From a virus, in IMG/VR virus record IMGVR_UViG_3300043256_000348, positions 28,948 through 92,947 of that record: a DNA stretch of 64,000 nt. The stretch is one strand, 5' to 3'. The position numbers were made by a program, and so were the translations under genes. Under the pieces are notes generated by a model that worked only from the letters and a program-made list of their open reading frames with translations, searched no databases and was not told the DNA's origin. This document shows, piece by piece, positions 9,977-19,296 of this stretch; positions within the stretch are counted from its first letter, which is position 1; every line of letters starts with the position of its first letter.

Positions 9977-10778
9977 CGGTACCACCCTCCGCTTCTTCGT
10001 CCATCGCCCCCAGGTTGATCGTCTTGTCGCCGGACGGCGGCGGCAACAGGTTCGCCCCCAAGTCCTGCGGCTCGCCAAGTTCCCCCTGCTCGTCTAGCCG
10101 GAGGGCCATGGAAAGCTCGGATGTGAGCCGCCAGTAGTTCGCCGCCGCCCGGACCGGCGTTTTGCGGACCATCGCGGGGTAGAACTCGCCCTTCCAGAGC
10201 GGGCCGCCCCGCTCTTCGATCTGGTTGATCTCCTGCCTCGACTGATACCGGTGGGCCACGCCACCGCTCACCGTCTCGTACAGGCAGTATGCCCCCACGA
10301 GCCGGTCCCTGACGGCCTTCGCCGACAGCACGCGGTCCGGCGGCACCTTGTGCTCGACCACCGGCCGCGACTCCCGTACGCCGACGAAGAACTCCTCGCC
10401 CTGCAACACTAGGTCCGCGTAGACCCACTTCAGGTACTCGTTGCGGGTAGCCAAGTTGATGTAGCCCTGGTACGAAATCTCCAGGTTGCACCGCGCCTTC
10501 GGGTCGGACCGTCGGAGCTTGCGGGGCACGAAGTAGGCCAGCTTCATCATCCGGCCGGGCACGATCCCGACCATCGCCGCGTGGGCGGCCGACACCAGCA
10601 CCGACTCCGGCGTGCACGAGCCTTCCTTCAGCTCGTTGCAGGCGACGATCACGGCGGCCGCGAACTGCTGCCGGTCGAGCGAACCCGTGTTGAGCAGAGG
10701 CACGATCCTGTGGATGTTCCCCGAGACGTACTTCGCCAGCTCGTTTTTCGCGGCCGGCAGTATCAGGTCGGTTCCCAT
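9963..10778 (-). CDS. recT: RecT-family single-strand annealing protein
   Basis: CTPESVL...AYFVP...ISYQGYINLA...AMVRKT; adjacent to the exonuclease. Confidence 0.88.
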   Translation of the reverse strand: MGTDLILPAAKNELAKYVSGNIHRIVPLLNTGSLDRQQFAAAVIVACNELKEGSCTPESVLVSAAHAAMVGIVPGRMMKLAYFVPRKLRRSDPKARCNLEISYQGYINLATRNEYLKWVYADLVLQGEEFFVGVRESRPVVEHKVPPDRVLSAKAVRDRLVGAYCLYETVSGGVAHRYQSRQEINQIEERGGPLWKGEFYPAMVRKTPVRAAANYWRLTSELSMALRLDEQGELGEPQDLGANLLPPPSGDKTINLGAMDEEAEGGTDASD

Positions 10779-10779
10779 A

Positions 10780-11751
10780 TCACGTCCCTTCATGTTCGGC
10801 TTGTTGCTTTGCCCACCAACTCAGCCCCCCGCGATGAATCGTTGGGTACCCTCCAGGCCAGAGGCCCGTGTCCAACGACGCCGCGTAGAGCGACAGCAGC
10901 TTCTGGTATTTCTTCCGGCCCGCCTCGATCGTCTCCACGTCCGCCTGCACGCAGTTCACGTCGAACGGCGGCCCGTCTTCCAGCACGACCCACACGAACT
11001 GCCGGTCGATCCCGTCAACGGTTTTCAGCCCGTCGACGTACAACGCGGCCTGCGTGTCGTAGTGCCACCTCTCGATCGACCGGGCGAACGCCGTGTCGGT
11101 GTGCTGGCCACGCTGCACCTTCTTTAGGTCTACCGCGCAGGGCGGGATCGTCTGCGGGTGCGATATGTCCTTGTCCGTCCGGCCCTTCATGCGGATGACC
11201 GCGTGCCGCTCCTGCCCCTGCACGAAGTACGTCACCGGCTGGTCCCAGACGAACGAGACCTCGACCCCGCCCTGCGCCTTGAGGAGCTTGACCGCCGGGT
11301 GTTGCTGGACCTCGACGACCAGCTCCTCGATCAGGGCGGCCTCCAGCGATGTGATCGTGCCGTCCGGCCGCTCGGCGCCGTCCGGTGCGTGGACGCCGCA
11401 GTACCACTGGCCGTCCCACTTCTCGGAGCCATTGTAGACGCAGACCTGCCCCTTGTTCTCGCCGCTGCTGAGCACCGCCTGGCACTGCCCGGCTACCGGG
11501 TGCCGCTCAGCGTACTTGTCCGGCTCCAGGAGCCGCGTGTGGATCGCCCTGCCGTAGTCCTTATCCTTCGAGGACGTGACCTCGATCTTGCCGTCGAGAA
11601 ACGCCTTGAGGTGTTTCATGCTCACCGTGCCGTCGTCAAGCAACGCCCGTCCGAGCAGGGAGTTGTCGACGTGCGGCCATGCCAGGTACTCGGGCATCGG
11701 CACGCCCGGGTAAATGCCCGGCTGCGGTTCGGCTGTCGGCGGATCAATCAT
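10780..11751 (-). CDS. RecE/ExoVIII-like PD-(D/E)XK exonuclease
   Basis: GRAIH..LLEP, EVSFVW, KGRTD, DLKK, YDTQAALY. Confidence 0.85.
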   Translation of the reverse strand: MIDPPTAEPQPGIYPGVPMPEYLAWPHVDNSLLGRALLDDGTVSMKHLKAFLDGKIEVTSSKDKDYGRAIHTRLLEPDKYAERHPVAGQCQAVLSSGENKGQVCVYNGSEKWDGQWYCGVHAPDGAERPDGTITSLEAALIEELVVEVQQHPAVKLLKAQGGVEVSFVWDQPVTYFVQGQERHAVIRMKGRTDKDISHPQTIPPCAVDLKKVQRGQHTDTAFARSIERWHYDTQAALYVDGLKTVDGIDRQFVWVVLEDGPPFDVNCVQADVETIEAGRKKYQKLLSLYAASLDTGLWPGGYPTIHRGGLSWWAKQQAEHEGT

Positions 11752-11832
11752 CGCGTCCCCTTATTCGCCCCCGCCGCGAGCCCCGGAGGGCAGTTCGGGG
11801 CCCTTGTCGTACGGCGGAGGCTTCAGCTTTCT

Positions 11833-11838
11833 ATTATA
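11833..11838 (-). promoter_or_regulatory. Putative -10 element (GGTATAAT) for the recE/recT operon
   Basis: Minus-strand gggTATAAT in the intergenic gap; the same octamer recurs at other operon heads. Confidence 0.45.
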
Positions 11839-11849
11839 CCCGAATGCCG

Positions 11850-12425
11850 CTAAAGCAGCCTCTCCCATCGCTGCTTCCGGGACTTGGTCTGTGGCGGGGC
11901 AGTTGCTCGTGTCTTGCGATTTACGTTACTAAACCGCTGGGGCCTTGCGTTGACGATCTCCCCACCGGGTTTCCATCCGGCGGCCTTGTATATCGTGCCT
12001 GAATGTACGTCAACAGCCAAGTAGCTTACCGCCCGATTAAGGAACGGCCATTTCCGCTTAACGAGTTTCGCCATCACGGCAAGCATCCGGGAAGCCGTGT
12101 TCTTCGGGGCATCATCGCAAATCGCCAACCGTCGCAACTCGATAGTCTTCCCATCGCACATCGCCCGGATAATCGGCTGGGACCATATCGCCACCGCGTA
12201 ATAGTTCCCGCCGTGCTCGGCTGCGTACGCCACGCTCGTGTGGCCACAAAGCAGATTGCCAAGATCGGTCTTCGGGAGCATGCTGTGCCACTTCATGTTC
12301 AGCTCGCGTGCCCGGCGCATACCGATTTCGACAATGTCAAACTGAAGCGGCGAGGTCGGAATCGAACCGCCCGTTTCCGCTTGGAAGAGCGGAAGTGCTG
12401 CCTCTACACTATCGCCGCGTACCAT
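11850..12425 (-). CDS. mom: Mom-like adenine-modification (GNAT-fold) protein
   Basis: IELRRLA..DDAPKNTASRML...VSY.....HSGTIYKAAGW. Confidence 0.78.
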   Translation of the reverse strand: MVRGDSVEAALPLFQAETGGSIPTSPLQFDIVEIGMRRARELNMKWHSMLPKTDLGNLLCGHTSVAYAAEHGGNYYAVAIWSQPIIRAMCDGKTIELRRLAICDDAPKNTASRMLAVMAKLVKRKWPFLNRAVSYLAVDVHSGTIYKAAGWKPGGEIVNARPQRFSNVNRKTRATAPPQTKSRKQRWERLL

Positions 12426-12436
12426 CGTAGCTCCAA

Positions 12437-13114
12437 TTATCCAATTAAGGACAATGCTTCCTCTACGATCTTCTCAAAGTCAGCCGTAACTTGCCACTCA
12501 ATACGGAAAGCAGCGAACATGACATGTGTTGGATAAAACCATTCCCGTTCGGTGCCATGAACTTTATATCTCGCCCACCTCGCATGTTCCGCCTTTTCTT
12601 CGGTACGTCCACCGCATCGTGTGCCGAATAGAAATGGTTGGTGCGCAATCTCTTTCGATTTAAGATATGTCCGTAAATCCTGTGTAGTATACCCGATCTT
12701 CACCAAACATCTGTGCCGCCGGGCATTGTGTCCCCAATAGGCGTACACCGTAGCCACAGGATTAGTTTCTTCGATGTCTGCGGTTTCTGGGAACAATGAT
12801 AACGTATCGTTGCTGTGCCGAATAGCCTCTCCATCCCGCAACGTCTCAAAGTTTTTTTTGCGAGCCTGTGAATACAAATCAAGAATGACCTCCATGCTAA
12901 GTGAACAGACCTCGCCATATCGCTCCATATATCTACGGGAGAGAAGCATGTGTAATTCATTCCTGCCCTCAGAATGGATCAGCATACGTTCTGAGCCATA
13001 GGTCCATCCGGCAACTGTCGTACGGGACAAGCTAAGATAAGACAACATGTCTTCGCAAACGCGACCCATTTGCCTAACATCAGCCTTACAGCGACTCATT
13101 GATTCGAGCACCAT
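12437..13114 (-). CDS. T5orf172 / GIY-YIG-like domain protein
   Basis: VYAY...VKIGYT...E...H...REWF; lower GC than flanks. Confidence 0.65.
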   Translation of the reverse strand: MVLESMSRCKADVRQMGRVCEDMLSYLSLSRTTVAGWTYGSERMLIHSEGRNELHMLLSRRYMERYGEVCSLSMEVILDLYSQARKKNFETLRDGEAIRHSNDTLSLFPETADIEETNPVATVYAYWGHNARRHRCLVKIGYTTQDLRTYLKSKEIAHQPFLFGTRCGGRTEEKAEHARWARYKVHGTEREWFYPTHVMFAAFRIEWQVTADFEKIVEEALSLIG

Positions 13115-13496
13115 ATGAATACATTCCTTCCCGGTACATCAACTGAAACCCGCCCGACCAGTGCCAGGAAACCCCCGGCGTGAACATGAGGATCGCTCGT
13201 TGCTTCTCCCAGTTCAGGTGAGTGTTGACCGGCCGGGCGGGCGTGTTCGCGTCAGCCCCCCTCTGTCTCCAGCACATCCAGTAGCCGCCTCAACTTGTCG
13301 CGATGCTGCCGGTACGGCTTGCCGAGCTTGTCCAGCATCGCCTTTCGCTGAGCATTGTAGCCTTCCTCCAGCTTGAATAGCTCGGCCTTGACCTGGTCGG
13401 CCGTCACGCCAGTTCGCTCTGTCAACGTCATAGCTCTCTCCTTTCGTTTGCCGCCGCGTCCGGCGCTAACGCCAAAACGCGAACTTAGTACCGCTT

Positions 13497-13757
13497 TCAT
13501 AGAGGCCGCAAGAGTGCCTCTTTTTCAGCATCGGTTAGCTTCGCCAGGGCGGATTCCCTTAGTACGTGTGGGGAAGTCCACTCACTGGCCTTCTCACACA
13601 TTTCGATCTCTTCAAGAGTAACAAGTACGGGGTAAGGTCTGTGGTTACATGCCAGCTTTGCTTCACTGGCTGCTGCCTCAGTCGTGAACCTAGCTGCCAA
13701 ATGGATACTCCCGTCGTTCGTTACCACCTCCAGCCTCCAGCAGTTAATCGTCTGCAT
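13497..13757 (-). CDS. Hypothetical protein
   Basis: Ends with the LRESALAKLTDAEKEALL motif common in phage small proteins. Confidence 0.5.
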   Translation of the reverse strand: MQTINCWRLEVVTNDGSIHLAARFTTEAAASEAKLACNHRPYPVLVTLEEIEMCEKASEWTSPHVLRESALAKLTDAEKEALLRPL

Positions 13758-13809
13758 TTGATTACCCTTTCCGGTAAGCCAGTAATGTGAATTGACACCG
13801 CGTCTGGCC

Positions 13810-15699
13810 CTAACGCCAAGCCAATACTTTGACCGCGTACATCTTACATTGTACCGCGAGATCATATCCGCCTCGCCTGAAAATCGCGCCTTCGTCCGTC
13901 CGCTCGGCCACCTCGTGGAACTTCGACTCGTGCGCCGTCTCATAGGGCAGCCAGTCCTGGCCCTCCCGGCGGATGCGGCATTCGACGCCCTTCGCTACCG
14001 TGTACTCCAGCTCCAGGTCGCCGAACCGGAACAGCCTGCCCCGCCGCTTCGCCATCGCCCGCCGCCTGCCATCCTCCGACTGGAAATTCCAGCCGCCCGG
14101 CCGCGTGGCGATGTGCGTCATCACGTCGGAAGCCTCGGCCAAGGTCATGCTCGGATCGAAGCCTCGCGCCTTCAGCATCCGAGCCTGCTTGTACGTTGAC
14201 AGCTTCCCGCGAGACCGCCTCGCAGCCTCGCCGATCAACTGCCGGGCCTGGTTGTACGTGAGCCCCTTGTCCGGAATGCCGATCTGCTTCAGCCTAGCCT
14301 TCTGCTCGTCGTCGGGCGGCAGGTTCTTCCACCAGCCGGGCGACTCCGACTCGCTGAGCCCCACGGCGTCGCCGAACACGCAGAACGGATCGACGGTCTT
14401 CCGCGTGGCCTTCGCCTCGGCTATGATCCTGGCCCGGTCGGCCGCCCGTATCTCGTCCGCCCTCGCCTGGCAGGCCAGTACCTCCTCCAGCACGTCGGCC
14501 GGCTTGTCCCCGGCGGCCTCGAATACGCGGGCCCGGCACTCGTCTCTCACTACAGAGTCGAGCTTGCCCCCGAGCAGGTCAGCCGTTGATTGCAGCTTGT
14601 GCTTCATCGACGATCCAACGAGGTCGATCACTAGGCAGTCGCTCTTGCCCTCCACCGGGGCGAGCGGCCCGCCGCGGAGGCCGCGACCGATCATCTGGGC
14701 GTGGAGCATCCGGCTGAGCGTCGGCCTCGCGATGACGATGCACGACACGGCCGGGAAGTCGGTGCCCTCAAGGTAGACGCCACAATTCACGGCCACCTGA
14801 AATTCTCGCCGCCGAAACGCCTCCGCGATTGCCCGCCGCTCGTCCTCCGGTGTTTTCGCCGAGACGCACTGCGCGCCGCCCTTGCAGTAGCGGGCCATGA
14901 CCTCGGCCACCATTTCGGCCACGCGAACGGATGGCGTGAAGATCAACGTCTGCCGGTCGCCGATCATCGGCGCGATAGGCGACACGATCTTGTGTATCGC
15001 CTCTTCCTGCCCGATCACCGCGTCCAGGTCCTCGGCCGACAGGTCGCCGCTCCCCGTCTTGCGAACGCTCGACCAGTCGAGATCGTCCACCCTGACGAAC
15101 TGCTGCTTGATGGGGGCAAGCCAGCCGTCCTGAATCGCGTCGATCAACTCGTAGTGGTAGGCCACGTCGTCGAAGAATTTCCCTAGCGGCACCTCGTCCG
15201 CCCTATCCGTGGTGGCGGTGGCGCCTAGAATTTTCGCCGGCTGGAAATAGTCGAGTACGGTCTGCCAGCTCTCGCAGATAACGTGATGCGCCTCGTCGAC
15301 GAAGATCATGCCGAAATCATCCGGTGAAAAGAACTCCCTTCGGTTCGGCCGCAGCATCGTCTGGATCGACGAGACCACTACGGAGCTGCCCATCAGCTTC
15401 GGGGACTTGACGATCGACCGCTCGCCCTTCTCCACCGCCACCGGCTCGCCCATCCAGTCCTCGCACGCCTCGGCGGCCTGGTCGATAAGCTCGTCCCGGT
15501 GTGCCAGCCAGAGCACGCGGGCCGGCAGCTTGTAGTTCGATGCGAGGTCGTGGTTGCACCAGGCGTCGGCAAGGTAGGCCCCGACGGCCGTCTTGCCCGA
15601 GCCGCAGGGCATAGAAATAAGTACGCGCGCGTGGCGGTGCCACTTCTGGCACACCTCGTACACCGCGTCGTTCTGGTACGGCCGGAGTTCAAGCGTCAT
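13810..15699 (-). CDS. SF2 DEAD/DEAH helicase
   Basis: LRPYQ, CGSGKT, DEAHH, TAT, EGTDFP, QMIGRGLR. Confidence 0.93.
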   Translation of the reverse strand: MTLELRPYQNDAVYEVCQKWHRHARVLISMPCGSGKTAVGAYLADAWCNHDLASNYKLPARVLWLAHRDELIDQAAEACEDWMGEPVAVEKGERSIVKSPKLMGSSVVVSSIQTMLRPNRREFFSPDDFGMIFVDEAHHVICESWQTVLDYFQPAKILGATATTDRADEVPLGKFFDDVAYHYELIDAIQDGWLAPIKQQFVRVDDLDWSSVRKTGSGDLSAEDLDAVIGQEEAIHKIVSPIAPMIGDRQTLIFTPSVRVAEMVAEVMARYCKGGAQCVSAKTPEDERRAIAEAFRRREFQVAVNCGVYLEGTDFPAVSCIVIARPTLSRMLHAQMIGRGLRGGPLAPVEGKSDCLVIDLVGSSMKHKLQSTADLLGGKLDSVVRDECRARVFEAAGDKPADVLEEVLACQARADEIRAADRARIIAEAKATRKTVDPFCVFGDAVGLSESESPGWWKNLPPDDEQKARLKQIGIPDKGLTYNQARQLIGEAARRSRGKLSTYKQARMLKARGFDPSMTLAEASDVMTHIATRPGGWNFQSEDGRRRAMAKRRGRLFRFGDLELEYTVAKGVECRIRREGQDWLPYETAHESKFHEVAERTDEGAIFRRGGYDLAVQCKMYAVKVLAWR

Positions 15700-15708
15700 C
15701 GGAACAGT

Positions 15709-16599
15709 TCATGCCAGGTAGTTCTTTTCATACTGAGGTTTCGTCAGCCAGCCCCCGCCCTTGCAACGGCTGCACGACGGCCGCAGCTTGCCCGCGTCTT
15801 TGCACTCCGGGCAGACGCAGTGAGGCATCTCGTCGCGGACGTGCTTGCGGATCTCGTTCAGCCAGCCGGCAATGGCCTTCGGCTCGATCCGCTTGCCGCC
15901 CTTCAGCTTCGCCAGTCGCTCGGCCGGGGCGATCACGTTAGCCGACAGTCCATTCCAGTAGTTGGCGATTTCCACCCGGTCGACGAACACTTCGCGGCAC
16001 CAGTCCGGCACCTCGTCATTCATGGCGTCAAAGACCGGGGCCCCGGGGGCCGCCTTCTTTTTCTTCTTCGGCCCTTTCTTTTTCTTGCGGCCGCCGCCCA
16101 CCGTGACGACCTTGCCTGATTTCGTGACACGCTCCGTCGGCGCGGGCTCGCCCGTCTCGCCCGCCAGCTTCGCCCGCGTGGTGACCACCAGCGTCGATCC
16201 CACCCCGCACTGCTCGGCGATGGTCGCGTCCACGTTCTTCGCGACCTCCGGATCGGCAAGGCAGTTGAGCACGGCCTGTTTTTTCTCCGCGTTGGTCAGG
16301 CGGACGCCGTGCTCCCGGTTGGCACCGCTGGCGTAGAACACCGCCTCGCTGCGGCTGCCCTTGCGGACATCGCAGACCGGCGAGTCCACGCCGATCCGCC
16401 TGAACGCGGCCAGCCGCCGACAGCCGTCTGCAAGCCAGTTCGCTTTGCTGTCGAAGAATACGACCGGCGGCTCCATGGCCTTCGGGTCCAACCGCAGGAT
16501 CGCCTCGTAGTCGTCAACCACCGAATCATCCTGCTTCACGCGAGGCAGCACGGCAGGGTCGATCTTGATCGACTTGATCGGTAGCGGCAGCTTTGGCAT
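15709..16599 (-). CDS. ParB-like N-domain protein with C-terminal Zn finger
   Basis: PPVVF....WLADG.RRL.A; N..HG.RLTNAEK; CPEC...CSRCKGGG. Confidence 0.75.
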   Translation of the reverse strand: MPKLPLPIKSIKIDPAVLPRVKQDDSVVDDYEAILRLDPKAMEPPVVFFDSKANWLADGCRRLAAFRRIGVDSPVCDVRKGSRSEAVFYASGANREHGVRLTNAEKKQAVLNCLADPEVAKNVDATIAEQCGVGSTLVVTTRAKLAGETGEPAPTERVTKSGKVVTVGGGRKKKKGPKKKKKAAPGAPVFDAMNDEVPDWCREVFVDRVEIANYWNGLSANVIAPAERLAKLKGGKRIEPKAIAGWLNEIRKHVRDEMPHCVCPECKDAGKLRPSCSRCKGGGWLTKPQYEKNYLA

Positions 16600-16626
16600 G
16601 GCTCACCTCCATGTTGAGTTTCCCTA

Positions 16627-16632
16627 ATTATA
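16627..16632 (-). promoter_or_regulatory. Putative -10 element (GGTATAAT) of the leftward operon
   Basis: Minus-strand gggTATAAT upstream of a GGAGG SD in the divergent intergenic region. Confidence 0.5.
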
Positions 16633-16651
16633 CCCGGCCGCGGGCCCAATC

Positions 16652-16725
16652 TAATAGGCGGATTTTTGCGCCGTAACCCTTTGCGGTGCAAACAGTTAAG
16701 TAGGGGGTATTTTAGAAATACCCCC
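16652..16725 (+). repeat. ~75 bp long-range inverted repeat, copy 1, with GGGGGTATTT-TAG-AAATACCCCC palindrome
   Basis: Aligns to the reverse complement of 44955..45031. Confidence 0.85.
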
Positions 16726-16783
16726 GGCCGATCCGGGTTTCCGGCGGTGTTTGCCCATTCGGGAGCTGTGGTAGAATACTGGT

Positions 16784-17374
16784 ATGGGCCGCGTGGAATT
16801 TACACTGCCGTACCCGCCGTCCGCGAATCGCCAGTGGCGAATGCGCGGGGGCGGCATCAAGTCGTCCACGGCCGTCAAGGTGTACCGGGAGAACGTCTAC
16901 GCGGCCGTGGTAGACCAGGGAATCAAGCCGATCCCCGGGCCCGTGTCAGTATATCTATTGGCGCACCCGCCGGACCAGCGACGGCGGGATCTGGACAACT
17001 GCCTCAAGGTTACGCTTGACTCGCTGCAATCGTCTGGTGTAGTGGAAGACGACTCGCAGGTGGTCGAGATTCACTCGGCTTGGGGTAGGCTCGACAGGCC
17101 CCACGGCCGCCTGACGCTTGCCCTGACGCGATTGGATGAGCAGCACGACAAAGCGTACGCGATGGAGGACCGCCGCCCCCTGGCCCTCCTGCTGCACGCT
17201 GCGGCCCGGCTGCAAGAGTCAGACAACGAACTGGGCCGCCGAACGTGCCCAGCCGAGCGGCGGGCCGAGATCCTGGAGGCCATGGCGACGCACCTGCACG
17301 ACCTGCGGTTCCAGGTCGGGGACCTCGCGGCGGAGGTGGCGACCGGATACCCCGAGCCGCTGGCCGATCCATAA
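16784..17374 (+). CDS. rusA: RusA Holliday junction resolvase with C-terminal extension
   Basis: LPYPPSAN, PPDQRRRDLDNCLK...DSL...DDSQV. Confidence 0.92.
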   Translation: MGRVEFTLPYPPSANRQWRMRGGGIKSSTAVKVYRENVYAAVVDQGIKPIPGPVSVYLLAHPPDQRRRDLDNCLKVTLDSLQSSGVVEDDSQVVEIHSAWGRLDRPHGRLTLALTRLDEQHDKAYAMEDRRPLALLLHAAARLQESDNELGRRTCPAERRAEILEAMATHLHDLRFQVGDLAAEVATGYPEPLADP

Positions 17375-17402
17375 TAGTATTGTGGACCGGACGGAATTGC
17401 GG

Positions 17403-17408
17403 TATAAT
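17403..17408 (+). promoter_or_regulatory. Putative -10 element (GGTATAAT)
   Basis: Intergenic, upstream of the exported-protein operon. Confidence 0.5.
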
Positions 17409-17464
17409 AAAATGACAAGTGCCTTTTCGCAGAAGGCTTTCAGTTTCCCTAAACGGAGGACGTG

Positions 17465-17914
17465 ATGAGCGAACTGTACGAAACGGTCAAGGCGGAGTTC
17501 CAGCAGATTACCGCTGCCCTAAAGTGGCGGCTGGACGACGGGTTCCAATTGAGCGACGTGCTGCCCACGATCCGGGATTTTGTCGGCGCGGCCACGGTGA
17601 TCGCCGAGACGCTGGACGTACCGGGCCCCGAGAAGAAGGCGTTGGTCGTCGAGGCGGCCGTTGCCTGGTGGCAGAAGGGCATGCGGCCGTGGCTGGAGCG
17701 AGTGGACGCAGAAGGGAAGCCAGTATTCAATCTGCCTGGCCCAGACTGGATGTACTGGAACATGGTGGGCATGATCCTGCCCACGCTGGTCGGCTTCATG
17801 GTGGACTGGATCGTCAAGGACCGCAACGGCGTGATCGGCGGCTGGCCGAGCGTCGGAGAGGCCCTGTCCCGTTTGGCTCCGCCAGAGCCCACACCTGGCT
17901 CGGAGACGGCCTAA
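17465..17914 (+). CDS. Hypothetical, possible membrane/holin-like protein
   Basis: GGAGG SD; G.EKK motif; hydrophobic C-terminal helix. Confidence 0.5.
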   Translation: MSELYETVKAEFQQITAALKWRLDDGFQLSDVLPTIRDFVGAATVIAETLDVPGPEKKALVVEAAVAWWQKGMRPWLERVDAEGKPVFNLPGPDWMYWNMVGMILPTLVGFMVDWIVKDRNGVIGGWPSVGEALSRLAPPEPTPGSETA

Positions 17915-17977
17915 GCAGAACCGAGCGGCGTCGTGCGATTTCAGTATTGTGCAACCCCATTTCACAGGAGACGTGTT

Positions 17978-18409
17978 ATGAAATTGCTTACTGCGAGACC
18001 TCTTGCCGTATGCCTGGTGTTTACGGTTCTGGTCGGATTGTTGACCAATGCCTTAACGGCCCCCAGTGCCGAACCGGAAAAGACGGCCGGCTGGCTGAGC
18101 CCCGCTGCCGTTGCGGTGTCTGCGCCCGCGGCAGAAGAGGAGAGAGTCGAACGCAGGCTCGGGTACCGCGAGCGCAGGGCCTTGGGCTTGACCTTCCGGA
18201 ACGTCCGCCGCGTATTGGATGAGATGGACCAGGATGGCGAACTGGAAGGCAAGAGCTCGTCGATGCTCGCCGTCGAAGTGTTCGACCATCTGGTGGATGA
18301 AAACCCACAGGAATTCAGCGCGGTGGCAGAGGTGGACTGGGATGCGATCCTGGATTTCCTGACGAAGCTGATCGAATTGATCCTCAAGTTGCTCATTCTA
18401 TTCAGCTAG
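17978..18409 (+). CDS. Predicted exported/membrane protein
   Basis: Signal-like N-terminus; amphipathic C-terminal DWDAILDFLTKLIELILKLLILF. Confidence 0.6.
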   Translation: MKLLTARPLAVCLVFTVLVGLLTNALTAPSAEPEKTAGWLSPAAVAVSAPAAEEERVERRLGYRERRALGLTFRNVRRVLDEMDQDGELEGKSSSMLAVEVFDHLVDENPQEFSAVAEVDWDAILDFLTKLIELILKLLILFS

Positions 18410-18442
18410 CCAACCCAACCCCAACCTTCGCGGAGGCGTGAC

Positions 18443-19117
18443 ATGTACAGATTGCTTTTTGCGGCTGTGGCCTGGTTGAGCCTGTCGGGGACGGGCGCGG
18501 TCGCAGGACTGGAGATCAGCCAACCGCCGGACGAGGTGGCACCAGGTGACGATGTTGAACTAATCGTCAGCGGGATCAACTACCAGCAGTTGCCCCAAGC
18601 TACGCTCCGCTACTTTCCACGCAATCAGGTACGAGTACGCGGGACTCTTTCATGGGGCCTTGAACCACGTATCGACTTCCGGGCACGGTTGCCAGGCGAA
18701 TATCTGGTGTTCGTATCGGCCACGATCGACGGCAAGAACGAGTATTCTGAAGTCATTATCGTTGTTGGCGACAAGCCCCCAGATCCACCCCCGCCTCCGC
18801 CTCCTCCGCCACCGTCAGACCTTTCAGCGTTCGTGGCAGACCTCATCGAAGAGCTTGACATCGAGACCGGGACCAGCGAAGTCGCGGGATTCTTTCAAGA
18901 CGCCGTGCCGAAAGTTGACAGTGACGAGCTGCGCGGCTCGAAGGCGATCGTCGAGGCGGTCACGAAACGCATTGCCGCGATGAACTCGACCAAGTGGAAA
19001 GCGTTCTCCAGCCTGCTCTACGGCCATCTGCTCAACGAGCTGCAACTCGTCAGCCAGAGTCAGTGGTCAGACGCCTACAAGGAAGTCGTGCTGGGACTGG
19101 GAGGAGTGAAGCCATGA
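18443..19117 (+). CDS. Predicted exported two-domain protein with poly-Pro linker
   Basis: Signal peptide, Ig-like beta-rich domain, poly-Pro linker. Confidence 0.65.
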   Translation: MYRLLFAAVAWLSLSGTGAVAGLEISQPPDEVAPGDDVELIVSGINYQQLPQATLRYFPRNQVRVRGTLSWGLEPRIDFRARLPGEYLVFVSATIDGKNEYSEVIIVVGDKPPDPPPPPPPPPPSDLSAFVADLIEELDIETGTSEVAGFFQDAVPKVDSDELRGSKAIVEAVTKRIAAMNSTKWKAFSSLLYGHLLNELQLVSQSQWSDAYKEVVLGLGGVKP

Positions 19118-19296
19118 CGAACCAACGTGACAAACCGACAATTGGGCGGCCCAATCCGTGGCCGGACGAAGACGTGATAACTCACGTTGACGGCGATGTG
19201 GGAGCGCCACTCCCGCCAGATTGCAAGCGGGAGTGGCCCGAGGCGTGCAAAACCGACACCCCGGAGCGAGTGGTAGTAGAGGGGGTAAAGCCATGA
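19114..19296 (+). CDS. Small hypothetical protein
   Basis: ATGA-coupled at both ends. Confidence 0.45.
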   Translation: MTNQRDKPTIGRPNPWPDEDVITHVDGDVGAPLPPDCKREWPEACKTDTPERVVVEGVKP

